From assembly GCA_026397175.1 (NCBI GenBank), contig JAPLVK010000015.1:4996-68995 (forward strand): 64,000 bases of DNA, read 5' to 3'. The first letter of the stretch is position 1. Each line of letters begins with the position of its first letter. Positions 27,195 through 38,723 of this stretch are shown here, one piece after another. The DNA is from Candidatus Berkelbacteria bacterium. GTDB taxonomy: Bacteria; Patescibacteriota; UBA1384; DTJR01. The notes under the pieces were generated by a model. That model was not told the origin of the DNA and did no database searches. It saw nothing but the letters and a program-made list of their open reading frames with translations. The position numbers and the translations under genes are program-made.

Positions 27195-28496
27195 ATGTTA
27201 AACATAGATTTTATCAAGGAGAACAAAGAGAAGGTTTCAAAAGCAATTAAGGACAAGGGGATCAAACTAAATCTCGATGAACTTTTGAAAGTAGACGAGG
27301 AACGAAGGTCTCAAATTTCTAAAATCGATGAATTGCGGGCCAAGCAAAACGAATTTAACAAAAAAATAAACTCTGTTTCGGATAAAGAAAAACCCGAGGC
27401 AATAAAGGGTATGAAATCAATTTCAGACGAAATTAAAAAATTCGAACCAGCCCTCAAAAAAACCGAAAGCAAGTGGCAAGAGCTCATGTATTTGGTGCCG
27501 AATATCCCATCAGACGACACACCGATTGGACCCGACGATAAATCAAATAAAGTAGTCGAGGAATGGGGCGAAAAACCGAAGTTTGATTTTAAATTTAAAG
27601 ATCATTTAACGCTTGGCAAGGAACTCGATTTATTTGATCTCGAGAGAGGTGTTAAAGTTTCCGGATTCAGGGGCTATTATCTCAAAAATGAAGCGGCGGT
27701 TTTGCAAGTCGCGCTTCTATTCTATGCATTTCAAAAAATGATCAAGCAGGGATTTACACCGATGATTACGCCGACCATCTTAAAATCATTTGCGCTTTAC
27801 GGTTCGGGGCATTTTCCGTTTGGTAAAGACGACATTTATGAACTTTCAAATACCGGCAAAGACGAAAAAGGCAAACAAATCGGAGAAAATTTGTATTTGG
27901 CGGGTACATCGGAGCCGGCCCTTTTGGGTTATCTTTCGGGTGAAACCATAAAATTCGAGGACTTGCCGGTTAAACTTTGTGGTTTCTCACAGTGCTACCG
28001 AAACGAGGTTGGTTCTTACGGCAAAGACACCAAAGGACTTTATCGAATTCACGAATTTATGAAAGTCGAGCAGGCGGTAATTTGCGAAGCGGACGAAAAA
28101 ATATCCGAAGAGTGGTTGCAGAAAATGAGGGGCTTCTCGCAAGAAATTCTTAAAGAATTAAAATTACCACACAGGGTTTTGGCGATCTGCACGGGTGATA
28201 TGGGCGCAGGCAAACGAAAAATGTACGACATCGAAACATATATGCCATCTCGTGACGGTTACGGCGAAACCCATTCCGATTCGGACTTGACCGATTGGCA
28301 GATGCGACGACTTAATATTAAATATACCGACAAAGATGGTAAGAAAAAATTCGCATATGCCTTAAATAATACCGTTATAGCAAGCCCCAGAATTTTAATT
28401 GCCGTTTTAGAAAATTTCCAAAATAAAGACGGATCAATTGATATTCCGGAGGTATTACAGCCATTATGCGGATTTAAGAAAATTGAGAAGAAATAA
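27195..28496 (+). CDS. serS: Serine--tRNA ligase
   Basis: N-terminal coiled coil, GTSE, YR.E.G..G.DT.GLYR.H.F.KVE, LNNT..A.PR. Confidence 0.96.
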   Translation: MLNIDFIKENKEKVSKAIKDKGIKLNLDELLKVDEERRSQISKIDELRAKQNEFNKKINSVSDKEKPEAIKGMKSISDEIKKFEPALKKTESKWQELMYLVPNIPSDDTPIGPDDKSNKVVEEWGEKPKFDFKFKDHLTLGKELDLFDLERGVKVSGFRGYYLKNEAAVLQVALLFYAFQKMIKQGFTPMITPTILKSFALYGSGHFPFGKDDIYELSNTGKDEKGKQIGENLYLAGTSEPALLGYLSGETIKFEDLPVKLCGFSQCYRNEVGSYGKDTKGLYRIHEFMKVEQAVICEADEKISEEWLQKMRGFSQEILKELKLPHRVLAICTGDMGAGKRKMYDIETYMPSRDGYGETHSDSDLTDWQMRRLNIKYTDKDGKKKFAYALNNTVIASPRILIAVLENFQNKDGSIDIPEVLQPLCGFKKIEKK

Positions 28497-28517
28497 TATC
28501 TAAAGGAATAAAGCAAA

Positions 28518-28871
28518 ATGAAATTCCAAATAAAGTCATTATCCGGACAATTATCCGAAGACGAAAAAAAATTGATCAGAAAAAAACTTCTTTGGCTCGA
28601 AGAGCATCTTGCAAATAACGCCGAGTTAACGGTTGGAGTAAGACAGCATATTACCAAAAAAAGCAATCAGGCCTACGAAGTCGTTTTGCATCTTTTTATT
28701 CCACAGACAAAAAAGCCGATTTATATCAAGGTTTTTAGAAATAGTTTGATGGAAGCGCTTGATAAATCAAAAGCAAAAATCGAGAGAGTGGTTGTGCGCC
28801 AAAAGGAAAAAGGGAAAGGCAAATTTCACCTAAGCGTGCCTAAAATTTCTTTGTTTAGAAAGGCAAAATGA
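28518..28871 (+). CDS. HPF/RaiA-like ribosome hibernation protein
   Basis: Size, A.D....K.ER motif, position before secA. Confidence 0.6.
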   Translation: MKFQIKSLSGQLSEDEKKLIRKKLLWLEEHLANNAELTVGVRQHITKKSNQAYEVVLHLFIPQTKKPIYIKVFRNSLMEALDKSKAKIERVVVRQKEKGKGKFHLSVPKISLFRKAK

Positions 28872-31159
28872 GTATTCTGACAGCTATTTTCGGCTCTGGC
28901 AATAAAAGGGAAGTTGCGAAAATTCAACCAGTCGTTGAAAAAATTAACGAGCTCGAAAAATCATTCGAAAAATTATCGGATATCGAATTAAAAGCAAAAA
29001 CAGACGAGCTCAAACAAAAATTGACGGACGGGGTAAGTGAGGAAGAAATTTTGCCCATGGCCTTCGCCACGGTTCGCGAAGCGGCAAAAAGGGAAATCGG
29101 GCAAAGACATTTTGATGTTCAGTTAATCGGTGGTGTTGTTTTGAATCAAGGTAAAATCGCTGAAATGAGAACAGGCGAAGGCAAGACCTTGGTCGCGACA
29201 CTTCCGCTTTATTTAAATGCTTTGTATGGCAAAGGCGCTCATCTAGTTACGGTCAACGATTATTTGGCAAAATTTCAGGGTGAGTGGATGGGGCGAATTT
29301 ACGATCGGTTGGGACTTAAAACCGGTGTTATTCAAAATCAAGGTATCAGCTTTATTTTCGATCGCGGTTGGATTAAAAATTCCGAAGAAAATGGAGAGTT
29401 AGCTGATCAAGAAGATGGTAAAAAAGCCGGAGCGGTTGTTGACGAAAATTTAAAGCCATGCACCCGCAAGCAAGCGTATGCGGCCGATATAACTTATGGA
29501 ACTAATAACGAATATGGCTTTGATTATCTTCGCGACAACATGGCTCAAAGCCCGGAGCAAATTGCGCAGGGCGAGCTTTTTTACGCCATCGTGGACGAGG
29601 TTGACTCAATCTTAATTGACGAAGCCAGAACGCCTTTAATTATTTCCGCTCCGGCCGAAGAATCCGCTGACTTATATGCAAAATTTGCGGGGATTGTCCC
29701 GCGATTAAAAAAAGAAGTTCATTTTGAGGTGGATGAAAAAATGCGTGCGGCGACACTGACCGATGCCGGTATTTCAGAGCTTGAGAAAATTATGGGAATT
29801 GACAATATTTATCAACCTGAAACGATCGCCATGGTTCATCATCTCGAAGAGGCCTTAAAGGCCCATGCGCTTTTTAAAAAAAACAAGGACTATATTGTTA
29901 AAGATGGAGAAGTAATTATCGTTGATGAATTTACGGGGCGCATGATGCCGGGGCGAAGATATTCCGAAGGACTGCATCAAGCAATTGAGGCCAAAGAGGG
30001 CGTGCAGATTAACCGTGAATCAGATACTTTGGCCACAATTTCGTTTCAGAACTTTTTTAGATTGTACAAAAAATTGGGAGGGATGACTGGAACGGCGGCA
30101 ACGGAGGCAGAGGAATTCAGCAAAATTTACGAGCTTGAAGTAGTGGAAATTCCAACTCATAAAGACATGATAAGAAGCGATCTGCAGGATCAAATTTATA
30201 AAACCGAGGACGCAAAATTTGATGCTATTGTCAAAAAAATAAAAGAGTTAAACGATAAAAATCAGCCGGTTTTGGTGGGTACGATTTCGATTGCCAAATC
30301 CGAAAAACTCTCCAAACTTTTAAATAGAGTTGGGATTAAGCATCAAATCTTAAACGCTAAGCACCACGAAAAAGAAGCCAAGATTATTACGCAGGCGGGA
30401 CGATCAAGCCAAGTTACGGTTGCCACAAACATGGCTGGGCGAGGTGTTGACATAATTTTGGGCGGAAATCCGCCAATTAAGGAAGATGCTGAAATTGTCA
30501 AAAAAGCCGGCGGTCTTTATGTTTTGGGAACGGAGCGACACGAATCAAGAAGAATAGACAACCAGCTAAGAGGTCGCGCCGGTCGTCAAGGCGACTCCGG
30601 CGCAAGTCAATTTTTCATTTCGATGGAAGATGAGTTGATGAGAATTTTTGGCGGTCAAAAATTGCAGAATCTTATGGGACGCCTGGGACTTCCGGACGAT
30701 CAGCCGATCGAGCACTCTCTTATTTCAAAATCAATCGAATCAGCCCAAAGAAGGGTTGAGGGGCACAACTTTGACATCAGAAAACATCTTGTCGAATATG
30801 ATGATGTAATGAACAAGCAGAGAGAAGTTCTGTATCGCCGCCGCAGAAAAATATTAATGCTCGATCCGACCAAAGATGATTCTTTGCATGGTGAAATTTT
30901 GGCAAAATTAGCCGAAGCGGAAGCGCAGGATTTTAAGGCAAGAACCGCAAAAGTTCCAATCCCAAATTTGTTCGAATTAGAGCGGAGAATATTTTTGTCA
31001 ATAATTGATCAATTTTGGATTGAGCATCTTAACACCATGGACCAACTGCGCGACTCAATCGGGCTTCGCGGTTACGGACAAGTGGATCCGCTGATCGTTT
31101 ACAAGGAGGAGTCGCTCACTCTTTTCGAAGGACTGTTAAGATCAATTGACGAAAGTTGA
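28868..31159 (+). CDS. secA: Preprotein translocase SecA, main part
   Basis: [42 protein letters not shown]; stops before the usual C-terminus. Confidence 0.95.
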   Translation: MSILTAIFGSGNKREVAKIQPVVEKINELEKSFEKLSDIELKAKTDELKQKLTDGVSEEEILPMAFATVREAAKREIGQRHFDVQLIGGVVLNQGKIAEMRTGEGKTLVATLPLYLNALYGKGAHLVTVNDYLAKFQGEWMGRIYDRLGLKTGVIQNQGISFIFDRGWIKNSEENGELADQEDGKKAGAVVDENLKPCTRKQAYAADITYGTNNEYGFDYLRDNMAQSPEQIAQGELFYAIVDEVDSILIDEARTPLIISAPAEESADLYAKFAGIVPRLKKEVHFEVDEKMRAATLTDAGISELEKIMGIDNIYQPETIAMVHHLEEALKAHALFKKNKDYIVKDGEVIIVDEFTGRMMPGRRYSEGLHQAIEAKEGVQINRESDTLATISFQNFFRLYKKLGGMTGTAATEAEEFSKIYELEVVEIPTHKDMIRSDLQDQIYKTEDAKFDAIVKKIKELNDKNQPVLVGTISIAKSEKLSKLLNRVGIKHQILNAKHHEKEAKIITQAGRSSQVTVATNMAGRGVDIILGGNPPIKEDAEIVKKAGGLYVLGTERHESRRIDNQLRGRAGRQGDSGASQFFISMEDELMRIFGGQKLQNLMGRLGLPDDQPIEHSLISKSIESAQRRVEGHNFDIRKHLVEYDDVMNKQREVLYRRRRKILMLDPTKDDSLHGEILAKLAEAEAQDFKARTAKVPIPNLFELERRIFLSIIDQFWIEHLNTMDQLRDSIGLRGYGQVDPLIVYKEESLTLFEGLLRSIDES

Positions 31160-31520
31160 TTTTGATCAAACCCAAGCACCCAAGCAAACCGTTCAACCAA
31201 AAGTGAATCCCCTTGAATATCATGGGGCAGACGAGGCGGAAGGGGCAGATGCGATGAAAGAAGTTGAAGATAATATGGAAACCGCCGTGGTTGCTCAAAA
31301 AAACGAAATCGTCCAGACAAAATCGCCGAAGGATCAAGACCAAAAGATAGAAAAACAAATCAAGTCAAAAGGCGTCATAACAACTATTCGCTCCGCTTCA
31401 GACAGAATGGAAAGCGCTATGCGCCAGAGTAGCCAGCCATCGAGTGGTCAAAAAATCGGCAGAAATGATCCGTGTGTTTGCGGGAGTGGAAAAAAATATA
31501 AAAAATGTTGCGGAAGATAA
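31146..31520 (+). CDS. secA: SecA C-terminal linker plus SEC-C zinc motif, in a shifted frame
   Basis: [19 protein letters not shown]; overlaps end of main secA ORF. Confidence 0.8.
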   Translation: MTKVDFDQTQAPKQTVQPKVNPLEYHGADEAEGADAMKEVEDNMETAVVAQKNEIVQTKSPKDQDQKIEKQIKSKGVITTIRSASDRMESAMRQSSQPSSGQKIGRNDPCVCGSGKKYKKCCGR

Positions 31521-31523
31521 AAA

Positions 31524-31841
31524 ATGTCACTTGAGGAAGTCAAAAAACGGGGAGTGAATCTTGTAAAAAGATTCGAAAAATCAGAACCACGAAGATGGTC
31601 CATTGAGGGTTCGGTGATGGAGCTCTCAACTGAAGTGGGTGATCTGGCCGATTTAGTCCTGCGCAAAGAATATTACAAAAAAAATATTTATGATGATTTG
31701 GATTATCAAATTCAAGACGAAATCGCCGATATTTTGTTGGTCGCCTGTCGCATTGCCGATTATTACAATATAAATCTGGATAAGGCCTTTTCCGAAATGG
31801 AAAAGGTTGTTGATGATCGCTTAAAAAGTAGAGGACTTTAA
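31524..31841 (+). CDS. MazG-like nucleotide pyrophosphohydrolase
   Basis: TEVGDLA and DEIADIL acidic motifs. Confidence 0.75.
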   Translation: MSLEEVKKRGVNLVKRFEKSEPRRWSIEGSVMELSTEVGDLADLVLRKEYYKKNIYDDLDYQIQDEIADILLVACRIADYYNINLDKAFSEMEKVVDDRLKSRGL

Positions 31842-33562
31842 TGATTTCAAATAAAGTTCTGGCCGAGCAGTTTTCTAAATTCGCGGAACTTTTAGAACTA
31901 AAAGGCGAAATTCGATTTAAAATTGTTGCGTACCAAAGAGCGGCGCAGACAATTTCAAATTTTGGTGAACCGCTCGAGCTAACTTACGAAAAAGAAGGAA
32001 CGGAAGGACTCCAAAAAATCAATTCAATTGGCAAAAGTATTTCAAACAAAATCGCCGAGTATATTCAAAAGGGAAAAATTCGTGAGTTAGAGGACTTGAA
32101 AAAAGGTTTTCCTCGTGCGGAAATTGAGTTTATGGAAATTCCGGGTGTCGGCCCAAAAACCGCCAAAAATCTTTTCTTAAAATTAAAAGCTCATAATATT
32201 TCCGACTTAAAGAAAAAACTAAAATCCACGGGACATAAACATTTTAAAGAAAAAACCCTGCAAAACATTTTTCGCGGGATTGAAATTATGGAAGGGTTCG
32301 ACAAAAGAGTCCTTTTATTTGAGGCCAAGGATTATGTTGATGAAATTGTAGATTATTTAAAACAAGACAAAAATCTTAAAAAAATATTTCCGGTCGGCAG
32401 CTTCAGGCGATGGAAAGAAACAGTAGGAGACATAGACATCATCGCCGTTTCACCTAATCCTAAATTAGTAATCGGGAGATTCGTCAAATTTCCGGAATTT
32501 ATAGAAATTATTTCACAAGGAGTTGCCAAAAGCACCGTGATTCATAAATCAGGAATTCAAGTTGACTTGGAAATTTTGCCGCAAAAGTCATTTGGATCTC
32601 TTTTGCAACATTTCACGGGCTCAAAAGAACACAATGTTCACCTTCGAACCTACGCGCAGACAAAGGGACTAAGTGTCTCGGAGCATGGAATCAAAATTGT
32701 AGGCGGTACAAATGCAGGTAAAATAATTTATTGCGAAACCGAAATAGAGGTCTATAAAACACTGGGACTTTCTTATATTGAGCCGGAGCTTCGCGAAGAC
32801 CGAGGTGAAATCGAGGCGTCTTTGCGGCAAGCGAAAGGTGAAAAATTAGGGCTTCCGAAAGGTGATTTACATGTTCATTCAAATTGGTCAGACGGGCAAA
32901 ATTCGATTGAAGAAATAGTTAAGAAAGCGATTGATTTGGACTATGAGTATGTTGCAATTGCCGATCACACCGTCAGCTTGGGAGTTGCGGGAGGGCTTAA
33001 TGAAAGTGAGTTTGACAAAAGAGAAAAAGAAATTCATAAAGTTCAAAAGAAATATCCTCAAATCAAAATTTTTAATTCTTGCGAGGTAAATATCAGGCCA
33101 AGCGGCTCGCTTGATCTTCCGGATAAGCTAATGCAAAAATTTGACATTGTAACGGCTTCGGTGCATTGGAGTTTCAGGCAATCTAAAGACGAGATGACTA
33201 AAAGATTGATCGAAGCGATTAAAAATCCGTTTGTTAATATAATCGGGCACCCAACCGGCCGCATCATTAACCGTCGCGAAAGCTGCCAAGTTGATGGGGC
33301 TCAAATTTTCAAAGAGTGTGCAAATAACAATATAACACTCGAAATCAATGCCCAACCAGACCGTCTTGACCTGCCGGATAGTTTGGTCTATGAAGCCCGC
33401 AAAATTCCGGTTAAATTTGCTGTCTGCACCGACGCCCACTCGGTCTTTCAAATGGAAAGTATGATTTATGGCGTTTCGGTGGCAAGGCGCGGTTGGTGCG
33501 AAAAAAAAGACATTCTAAACACAATGGATCTTAAGCAAATTATTTCCAAAATTAAAAAGTGA
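31841..33562 (+). CDS. polX: DNA polymerase X / PHP 3'-5' exonuclease
   Basis: GSFRR.KET.GDID, FTGSKEHN, DLH.HS.WSDG, TDAH. Confidence 0.93.
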   Translation: MISNKVLAEQFSKFAELLELKGEIRFKIVAYQRAAQTISNFGEPLELTYEKEGTEGLQKINSIGKSISNKIAEYIQKGKIRELEDLKKGFPRAEIEFMEIPGVGPKTAKNLFLKLKAHNISDLKKKLKSTGHKHFKEKTLQNIFRGIEIMEGFDKRVLLFEAKDYVDEIVDYLKQDKNLKKIFPVGSFRRWKETVGDIDIIAVSPNPKLVIGRFVKFPEFIEIISQGVAKSTVIHKSGIQVDLEILPQKSFGSLLQHFTGSKEHNVHLRTYAQTKGLSVSEHGIKIVGGTNAGKIIYCETEIEVYKTLGLSYIEPELREDRGEIEASLRQAKGEKLGLPKGDLHVHSNWSDGQNSIEEIVKKAIDLDYEYVAIADHTVSLGVAGGLNESEFDKREKEIHKVQKKYPQIKIFNSCEVNIRPSGSLDLPDKLMQKFDIVTASVHWSFRQSKDEMTKRLIEAIKNPFVNIIGHPTGRIINRRESCQVDGAQIFKECANNNITLEINAQPDRLDLPDSLVYEARKIPVKFAVCTDAHSVFQMESMIYGVSVARRGWCEKKDILNTMDLKQIISKIKK

Positions 33563-33563
33563 A

Positions 33564-35297
33564 ATGAGTTTAAAGAGGGGCAGGCGAATTTCTTTTTTTC
33601 TAAAATTATTATTTTGTATTTCTGTTTTCTGCGGTTTTTTAATATTTTTTCCTCAACTTGCAGTCCAGCCGGAAAGCCAAACAAAAAATTCGCAAGATAT
33701 TTCGACAATCATCATTCCCCACTTTGATTTTTTTAAAGATAAACGACAGGCCTTTATTGACTCGCTTCCCAACGATCTCAACCCCAAAAAAATTATTGTG
33801 GTCTCCGTTGATCATTTTAATGCCGGGCCGACTGATATTACAATAACCAAAAAGTCATGGAATTTTCAAAATGTAAAAATTTCGCCAGAAAATGAAATGT
33901 ATGAGAACCTTATAGACCTAAAAATCGCCTCATCTGATGATATTACTTTTGACACGGAACACGGAATTAAAAATGTTTTACCGGACCTGGCCCAGCGCTT
34001 TAAAAAAGCGGAATTTTTACCGATAATAATAAAAAGTACAACTCCTAAAAATGAAGTTGATAAACTAAACGATCAACTCACAAAATGTAAAGATTGTTTG
34101 CTCGTGGCTTCGGTTGATTTTTCCCATTACAACCAAAGTGCTCTTGCTGAAATCCATGACCAATATTCTGTGGATGCATTATCAGATCTAGATTTAGATA
34201 AAATTTGGTCTGCAGAAACCGACTCGCCGCAAACACTTTATTTAGCTGCGCGATTTGCTAAAGAAAAAGATACACCAAACTTCGATTTATTTTTTAATTC
34301 AAATTCCGGTGAAGCGGCCTCAAAAGACGACTCCGAGACCACAAGTGTGGTTATCGGATCATATAGTTTGAAGGAGTCATCGCAAAAAATCGAAAAATCG
34401 GCAACTTTTCTTTTTGGTGGCGATTTAATGTTTGATCGCTTAATTAATCATCAATTTAAAGATACTGGCTTCGACAAAATTTTTGATCAATTTGGAAACC
34501 GTGTTTTTTGGGGAAGCGATCTGGCAGTTGCAAACCTCGAAGGTCCGATTTCGGATCAACCAATTCTAGATGATGTTTCGACCGATAATCTTGTTTTCAA
34601 TTTTCCGACCAAATCACTTGATGCATTAAGATTTTTAAAATTAAATGCGGTTTCCCTTGCCAACAATCACACCTCAAATGCCGGTCAGAGTGGCTTTGAT
34701 ATTACAAAAGCACTTTTAGTCAAAAATCAGATCGGATTTTTTGGTAGCTCCGATGGAATAAATAAAAATTCGGTTAAGGAGTTTTTAAGTCCGATCCCAA
34801 TTTCTGTAATTGGAGTAAATTTACTTTCAAGTCCAAATGAGCAAGAAATTATCAAAATGATAAAAGACGAAAAAAATAAAGATAATTTTGTTATTTTATA
34901 TCCCCATTGGGGTAGTGAATATCAAAAAAAACATTCGGCTAATCAGTCAAGTGTTGCTCACAGTTGGATTGATAACGGCGCCGATATGATCATCGGGAGT
35001 CATCCGCATGTTACACAGGACTTTGAAATTTATAATGGCAAACCAATTATTTATTCACTCGGTAATTTACTTTTTGACCAGACATTTTCTCTAGATACGC
35101 AAGAAGGTCTTTTGGTTGGGGGAATAATCACTGAAAAGAATGTCCAAATTTCTTTTTTTCCAACTAGGCAAGTCAAGTTAAAACCGGAGCTTTTGGTCGG
35201 CGCCGAAAAACAAGCCAAAATCGAATCCATCATTAATATTGAAGGGCAAAACGGTTTCAAGAAGCTAAAAAGTGATACAATAACAATAGATAGATAA
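33564..35297 (+). CDS. AmmeMemoRadiSam protein B (Memo) - CapA metallophosphatase fusion
   Basis: PH, EHG, ASVDFSHY; GD.M.DR, NLEG, ANNH, HWG.EY, G.HPHV, YSLGN. Confidence 0.85.
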   Translation: MSLKRGRRISFFLKLLFCISVFCGFLIFFPQLAVQPESQTKNSQDISTIIIPHFDFFKDKRQAFIDSLPNDLNPKKIIVVSVDHFNAGPTDITITKKSWNFQNVKISPENEMYENLIDLKIASSDDITFDTEHGIKNVLPDLAQRFKKAEFLPIIIKSTTPKNEVDKLNDQLTKCKDCLLVASVDFSHYNQSALAEIHDQYSVDALSDLDLDKIWSAETDSPQTLYLAARFAKEKDTPNFDLFFNSNSGEAASKDDSETTSVVIGSYSLKESSQKIEKSATFLFGGDLMFDRLINHQFKDTGFDKIFDQFGNRVFWGSDLAVANLEGPISDQPILDDVSTDNLVFNFPTKSLDALRFLKLNAVSLANNHTSNAGQSGFDITKALLVKNQIGFFGSSDGINKNSVKEFLSPIPISVIGVNLLSSPNEQEIIKMIKDEKNKDNFVILYPHWGSEYQKKHSANQSSVAHSWIDNGADMIIGSHPHVTQDFEIYNGKPIIYSLGNLLFDQTFSLDTQEGLLVGGIITEKNVQISFFPTRQVKLKPELLVGAEKQAKIESIINIEGQNGFKKLKSDTITIDR

Positions 35298-35311
35298 TTT
35301 AGGAGGGGACA

Positions 35312-36964
35312 ATGGAAGAGACAATTCAACCGGTTCAACCGGTAAAAAAATCAAGGGGTCTTTTGATTCTGGTCGTTGTTTTGGCAGTTCTTGTGGTGCT
35401 TTTGGGTGGACTTGTGGCTTATGGATTTTATAAGGCAAATAAAGATGTCAAAAAATCAAGTTCACTTCAGACCTCAACGCCGATAGCGGGTTTAGCGACT
35501 ACAACGGCGCAAGCCAGTAAAATAGAGGATCAAGGGGTAACTTGGATTGACCCAGTAAAATTAGATGACCTGAATCTATTTTCCAAAAACGGTGATTTTC
35601 AGGATTTAGGAGAATATCAAAAAACCGATTATTATAAGGTTGGTTCGATGAGTGATGGCCGAAATGTTGTCGTTGCTGTTGTTCGGGGCGCACTGCAAAA
35701 CCATACCTATCGCTTCTTTTTAGAAAGTGGTAAATACAGTGAAATTGTTCAAAACAGCGACTCAAAAGGTGATGATAATTCTTACAATGAAGGTGATTTT
35801 ACCAAAGACAGTGTCTTTCAGTTTAAATCGCTAGTCCCCGATAAAGAAATTATAAAATCGCAAACAAAATTGAGTTATAACTTTAATGGGGGAATTACAA
35901 AAGAAGATGGTTACTCGGATCCAACAAAGATTGTCGAAACAAAATGGGGCAATTTATTCCTTGAAGCCGGCAAAGAGGTAGAGGGATCTGAAGGTATTGC
36001 GAAAGCAGCCCGGTATTACATTAAACTTAATGACTCTACCAGGGCATACTATGATGTTAAGCCGACATTTCTTAGAGATGACGGGACACTTGATATAAAT
36101 TGGTCCGATTCATCGAAAAACAATATTGCCTACTCTAAAATTGCCACAGGCGGTTGCGGAGGCGGACAAGCCACTTTCCCATATATTTCCGATGCCTCTG
36201 CGCTAGACGGTAAAGAACAGGTCGCCTCTGACGCAAAGGTCTACTTCATCTCGAGCAAAGAAAAAGCGCTAGTTAAATTCGGTTACGCTGTCTATAAAAT
36301 GGGTGCCTTTAGCAATCCAAAGTCAATTGATGAATTTGTGAATAATCTTGGAGTTGTAACATGGGTTGATGATTATGGCAATCCGGTTGTTTTTATCAAC
36401 AACGCATTTAAACCGGAAATTGAATGTGGCAAACCGGTCGTTTATCTTTATCCGGAGAAACCGACTCAAGTTCAAGTCAAAGTTGCAGCTGATATTACTA
36501 AATCGGAACCCGAATATAAAAACGGCTGGAATGTTTTAGCGAACCCGGATGGAAAACTGCAACTTGATGGGAAAACATTTCCATATCTCTTCTGGGAGGG
36601 ATTAGGCAAAGGTGTTTACCCGCAAATTGATTTTGGTAGTGTTGTCGCAAAGTCAGATGTTGTAAATAAGATCGAAACGGACCTTAAGTCGATGAATTTA
36701 AATGACAAGGAGATCGCTGATTTTCTTGACTTCTGGACACCAAAAATGCCCGATCAGCCATTCGTTCGATTAAGCTGGCTGACCAACAAGGAACTTGATC
36801 GGCTTGCGCCAATTTCCGTTACGCCAAAGCCCGATTCAATAATTAGGGTATTTCTTGACTTTGTCGGACTAGACAAAAAGATCGATCTCAAACCACAACA
36901 ACTGCCACAATTTGAAAGAAAGGGCTTCAGTGTTGTTGAGTGGGGCGGGCTGCTTAAGCAATAA
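35312..36964 (+). CDS. Membrane-anchored hypothetical protein with KPVxYLYP C-terminal domain
   Basis: N-terminal TM; KPVVYLYP, YLFWEG, VVEWGG motifs. Confidence 0.75.
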   Translation: MEETIQPVQPVKKSRGLLILVVVLAVLVVLLGGLVAYGFYKANKDVKKSSSLQTSTPIAGLATTTAQASKIEDQGVTWIDPVKLDDLNLFSKNGDFQDLGEYQKTDYYKVGSMSDGRNVVVAVVRGALQNHTYRFFLESGKYSEIVQNSDSKGDDNSYNEGDFTKDSVFQFKSLVPDKEIIKSQTKLSYNFNGGITKEDGYSDPTKIVETKWGNLFLEAGKEVEGSEGIAKAARYYIKLNDSTRAYYDVKPTFLRDDGTLDINWSDSSKNNIAYSKIATGGCGGGQATFPYISDASALDGKEQVASDAKVYFISSKEKALVKFGYAVYKMGAFSNPKSIDEFVNNLGVVTWVDDYGNPVVFINNAFKPEIECGKPVVYLYPEKPTQVQVKVAADITKSEPEYKNGWNVLANPDGKLQLDGKTFPYLFWEGLGKGVYPQIDFGSVVAKSDVVNKIETDLKSMNLNDKEIADFLDFWTPKMPDQPFVRLSWLTNKELDRLAPISVTPKPDSIIRVFLDFVGLDKKIDLKPQQLPQFERKGFSVVEWGGLLKQ

Positions 36965-37076
36965 TAATTTTCAGCTTGTTCTCAAAACAAATTGCTATAC
37001 TAGCAATGCCAGCCAGTCGGATTAATGGTGGCGGGAGCGTTCTGTTTTTGCTATAGTATAAGATACAAAGGAGGAT

Positions 37077-37778
37077 ATGGTAACTCAAGAAAAAGAACCA
37101 ATCATCAATATTCAAGGGGTTTCAAAAAAATATGGTTCAGTCGTAGTTCTTCATGATATAAATCTTAAAATTTACCCCGGAGAATTTGTTATATTGGTAG
37201 GCCCTTCCGGAGCGGGAAAATCCACCTTAATTCGACTTTTAAACCGAGAAGAGAAACCGGACTCGGGAAAAATTATTGTCGCCGGGAGAGATATTACCAA
37301 GCTTTCTTCCGGAGAACTTCCATACTATCGAAGAAACATTGGAACAGTTTTTCAGGACTATAAACTTTTACCGACCCGAAACGCTTGGGAAAATGTCGCT
37401 TACGCTCTTGAGGTGGCGGATGTTTCAGACGAAGAAATCCGCCAAAGAGTCCCAAAGGTTTTAAAAGCGGTGAATCTTGGCGATCATCTCGACGCTTACC
37501 CCAATCAGCTTTCCGGCGGCGAAGCCCAACGGGTCAGTATTGCTAGAGCCCTAATTCATAACCCTAAAATATTAATTGCGGATGAACCAACGGGGAATCT
37601 TGATCCGGAAGCCGGTCAAGAAATAGCCGATATTTTAGAAAAAATAAATTGTCAGGGTACGGTTGTATTGCTTGCCACGCATAATCGTGACCTTGTTGAT
37701 AAAATGAGGAAAAGAGTAATAACTATGAAACAGGGTCGAATTGTTTTAGATCAAAGACAGGGACGATATAATGGCTAA
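37077..37778 (+). CDS. ftsE: Cell division ABC ATPase FtsE
   Basis: GPSGAGKST, VFQDYKLL, LSGGE.QR, ADEPTGNLD. Confidence 0.93.
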   Translation: MVTQEKEPIINIQGVSKKYGSVVVLHDINLKIYPGEFVILVGPSGAGKSTLIRLLNREEKPDSGKIIVAGRDITKLSSGELPYYRRNIGTVFQDYKLLPTRNAWENVAYALEVADVSDEEIRQRVPKVLKAVNLGDHLDAYPNQLSGGEAQRVSIARALIHNPKILIADEPTGNLDPEAGQEIADILEKINCQGTVVLLATHNRDLVDKMRKRVITMKQGRIVLDQRQGRYNG

Positions 37779-37788
37779 AAAATAAAAA

Positions 37789-38700
37789 ATGACAAGAATA
37801 AAAAGAATATTTAGAGAAGCGTTTGTGGATTTCTGGCGAAATGGGTGGTTGTCGGTAACCGCTACTTTAATTATGACTTTGGCGCTTTTAACGACCGGCG
37901 TTTTTTTGGTGATGTATCTATCCACAAATAAAATCATCCACGATCTAAAAGACAAAGTTGATATTGTTGTCAATTTTAAAGATGAAGCCAGTGAATCGTT
38001 GATTCAACAATTAAGATCGGAATTAATGGCCAGGCCGCAAATTAAATCGGTCAAATATATTTCAAAAGCAGATGCGCTTGAGGAGTTTAAATCAAGGCCT
38101 TCGGTAAAAGTTGAAGTGCGACAAATGATTTCGTCAGAAGACAATCCTCTGCCTCGTGGATTACAGATCCAGTCCGTTGATCTTAAGGAGTTTGAGTATG
38201 TTTCAAATATTACTAAAAATCCGATTTATGCCCCGCACATTGATTCATCTAGTTATGACGACAATAAGTCGCTGATCGAAAATATAAACGCGACCACCAA
38301 ATTTGCCGAACGATTGGGGTTAGCTTTATCATCGTTCTTTATGTTAATCGCAATTTTGGTTGTCTTCAACACCATCAAATTAGCGGTTTATTTCAGAGCA
38401 AAAGAAATGGAAATTATGCGCCTCGTCGGTGCCTCGGAGTCCTTTGTAAAAACGCCGTTTTTGATCGAGGGATTTCTGTATGGCTTCTTCGCAACGGTTG
38501 TTTCGACAGGGTTGATTTATTTTACTATCAACCTGCTTGCAGCGGTTTCTAAAAATACCATTTTGGATAAATTTATTGTCCGTCTGTTGCCGATTTATTA
38601 TCAAGAGTTTTGGTTTATTGTCGGAGTCGAACTCTTTATTGGAACGGTTTTGGGACTCGGCGCAAGCTGGTTGAGTATTCGAAAAAATGTAAAGGGTTAA
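37789..38700 (+). CDS. ftsX: Cell division permease FtsX
   Basis: RNGWLS, NPLP, NTI.L....R..E..IMRLVGA. Confidence 0.93.
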   Translation: MTRIKRIFREAFVDFWRNGWLSVTATLIMTLALLTTGVFLVMYLSTNKIIHDLKDKVDIVVNFKDEASESLIQQLRSELMARPQIKSVKYISKADALEEFKSRPSVKVEVRQMISSEDNPLPRGLQIQSVDLKEFEYVSNITKNPIYAPHIDSSSYDDNKSLIENINATTKFAERLGLALSSFFMLIAILVVFNTIKLAVYFRAKEMEIMRLVGASESFVKTPFLIEGFLYGFFATVVSTGLIYFTINLLAAVSKNTILDKFIVRLLPIYYQEFWFIVGVELFIGTVLGLGASWLSIRKNVKG

Positions 38701-38723
38701 TTGTGGTATAATTTAAAATTACT

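Noticed and set aside
32810-32870. Short linker in polX before the PHP domain as a special feature
   Set aside because: The frame is intact and I cannot tell natural variation from a small deletion without an alignment.
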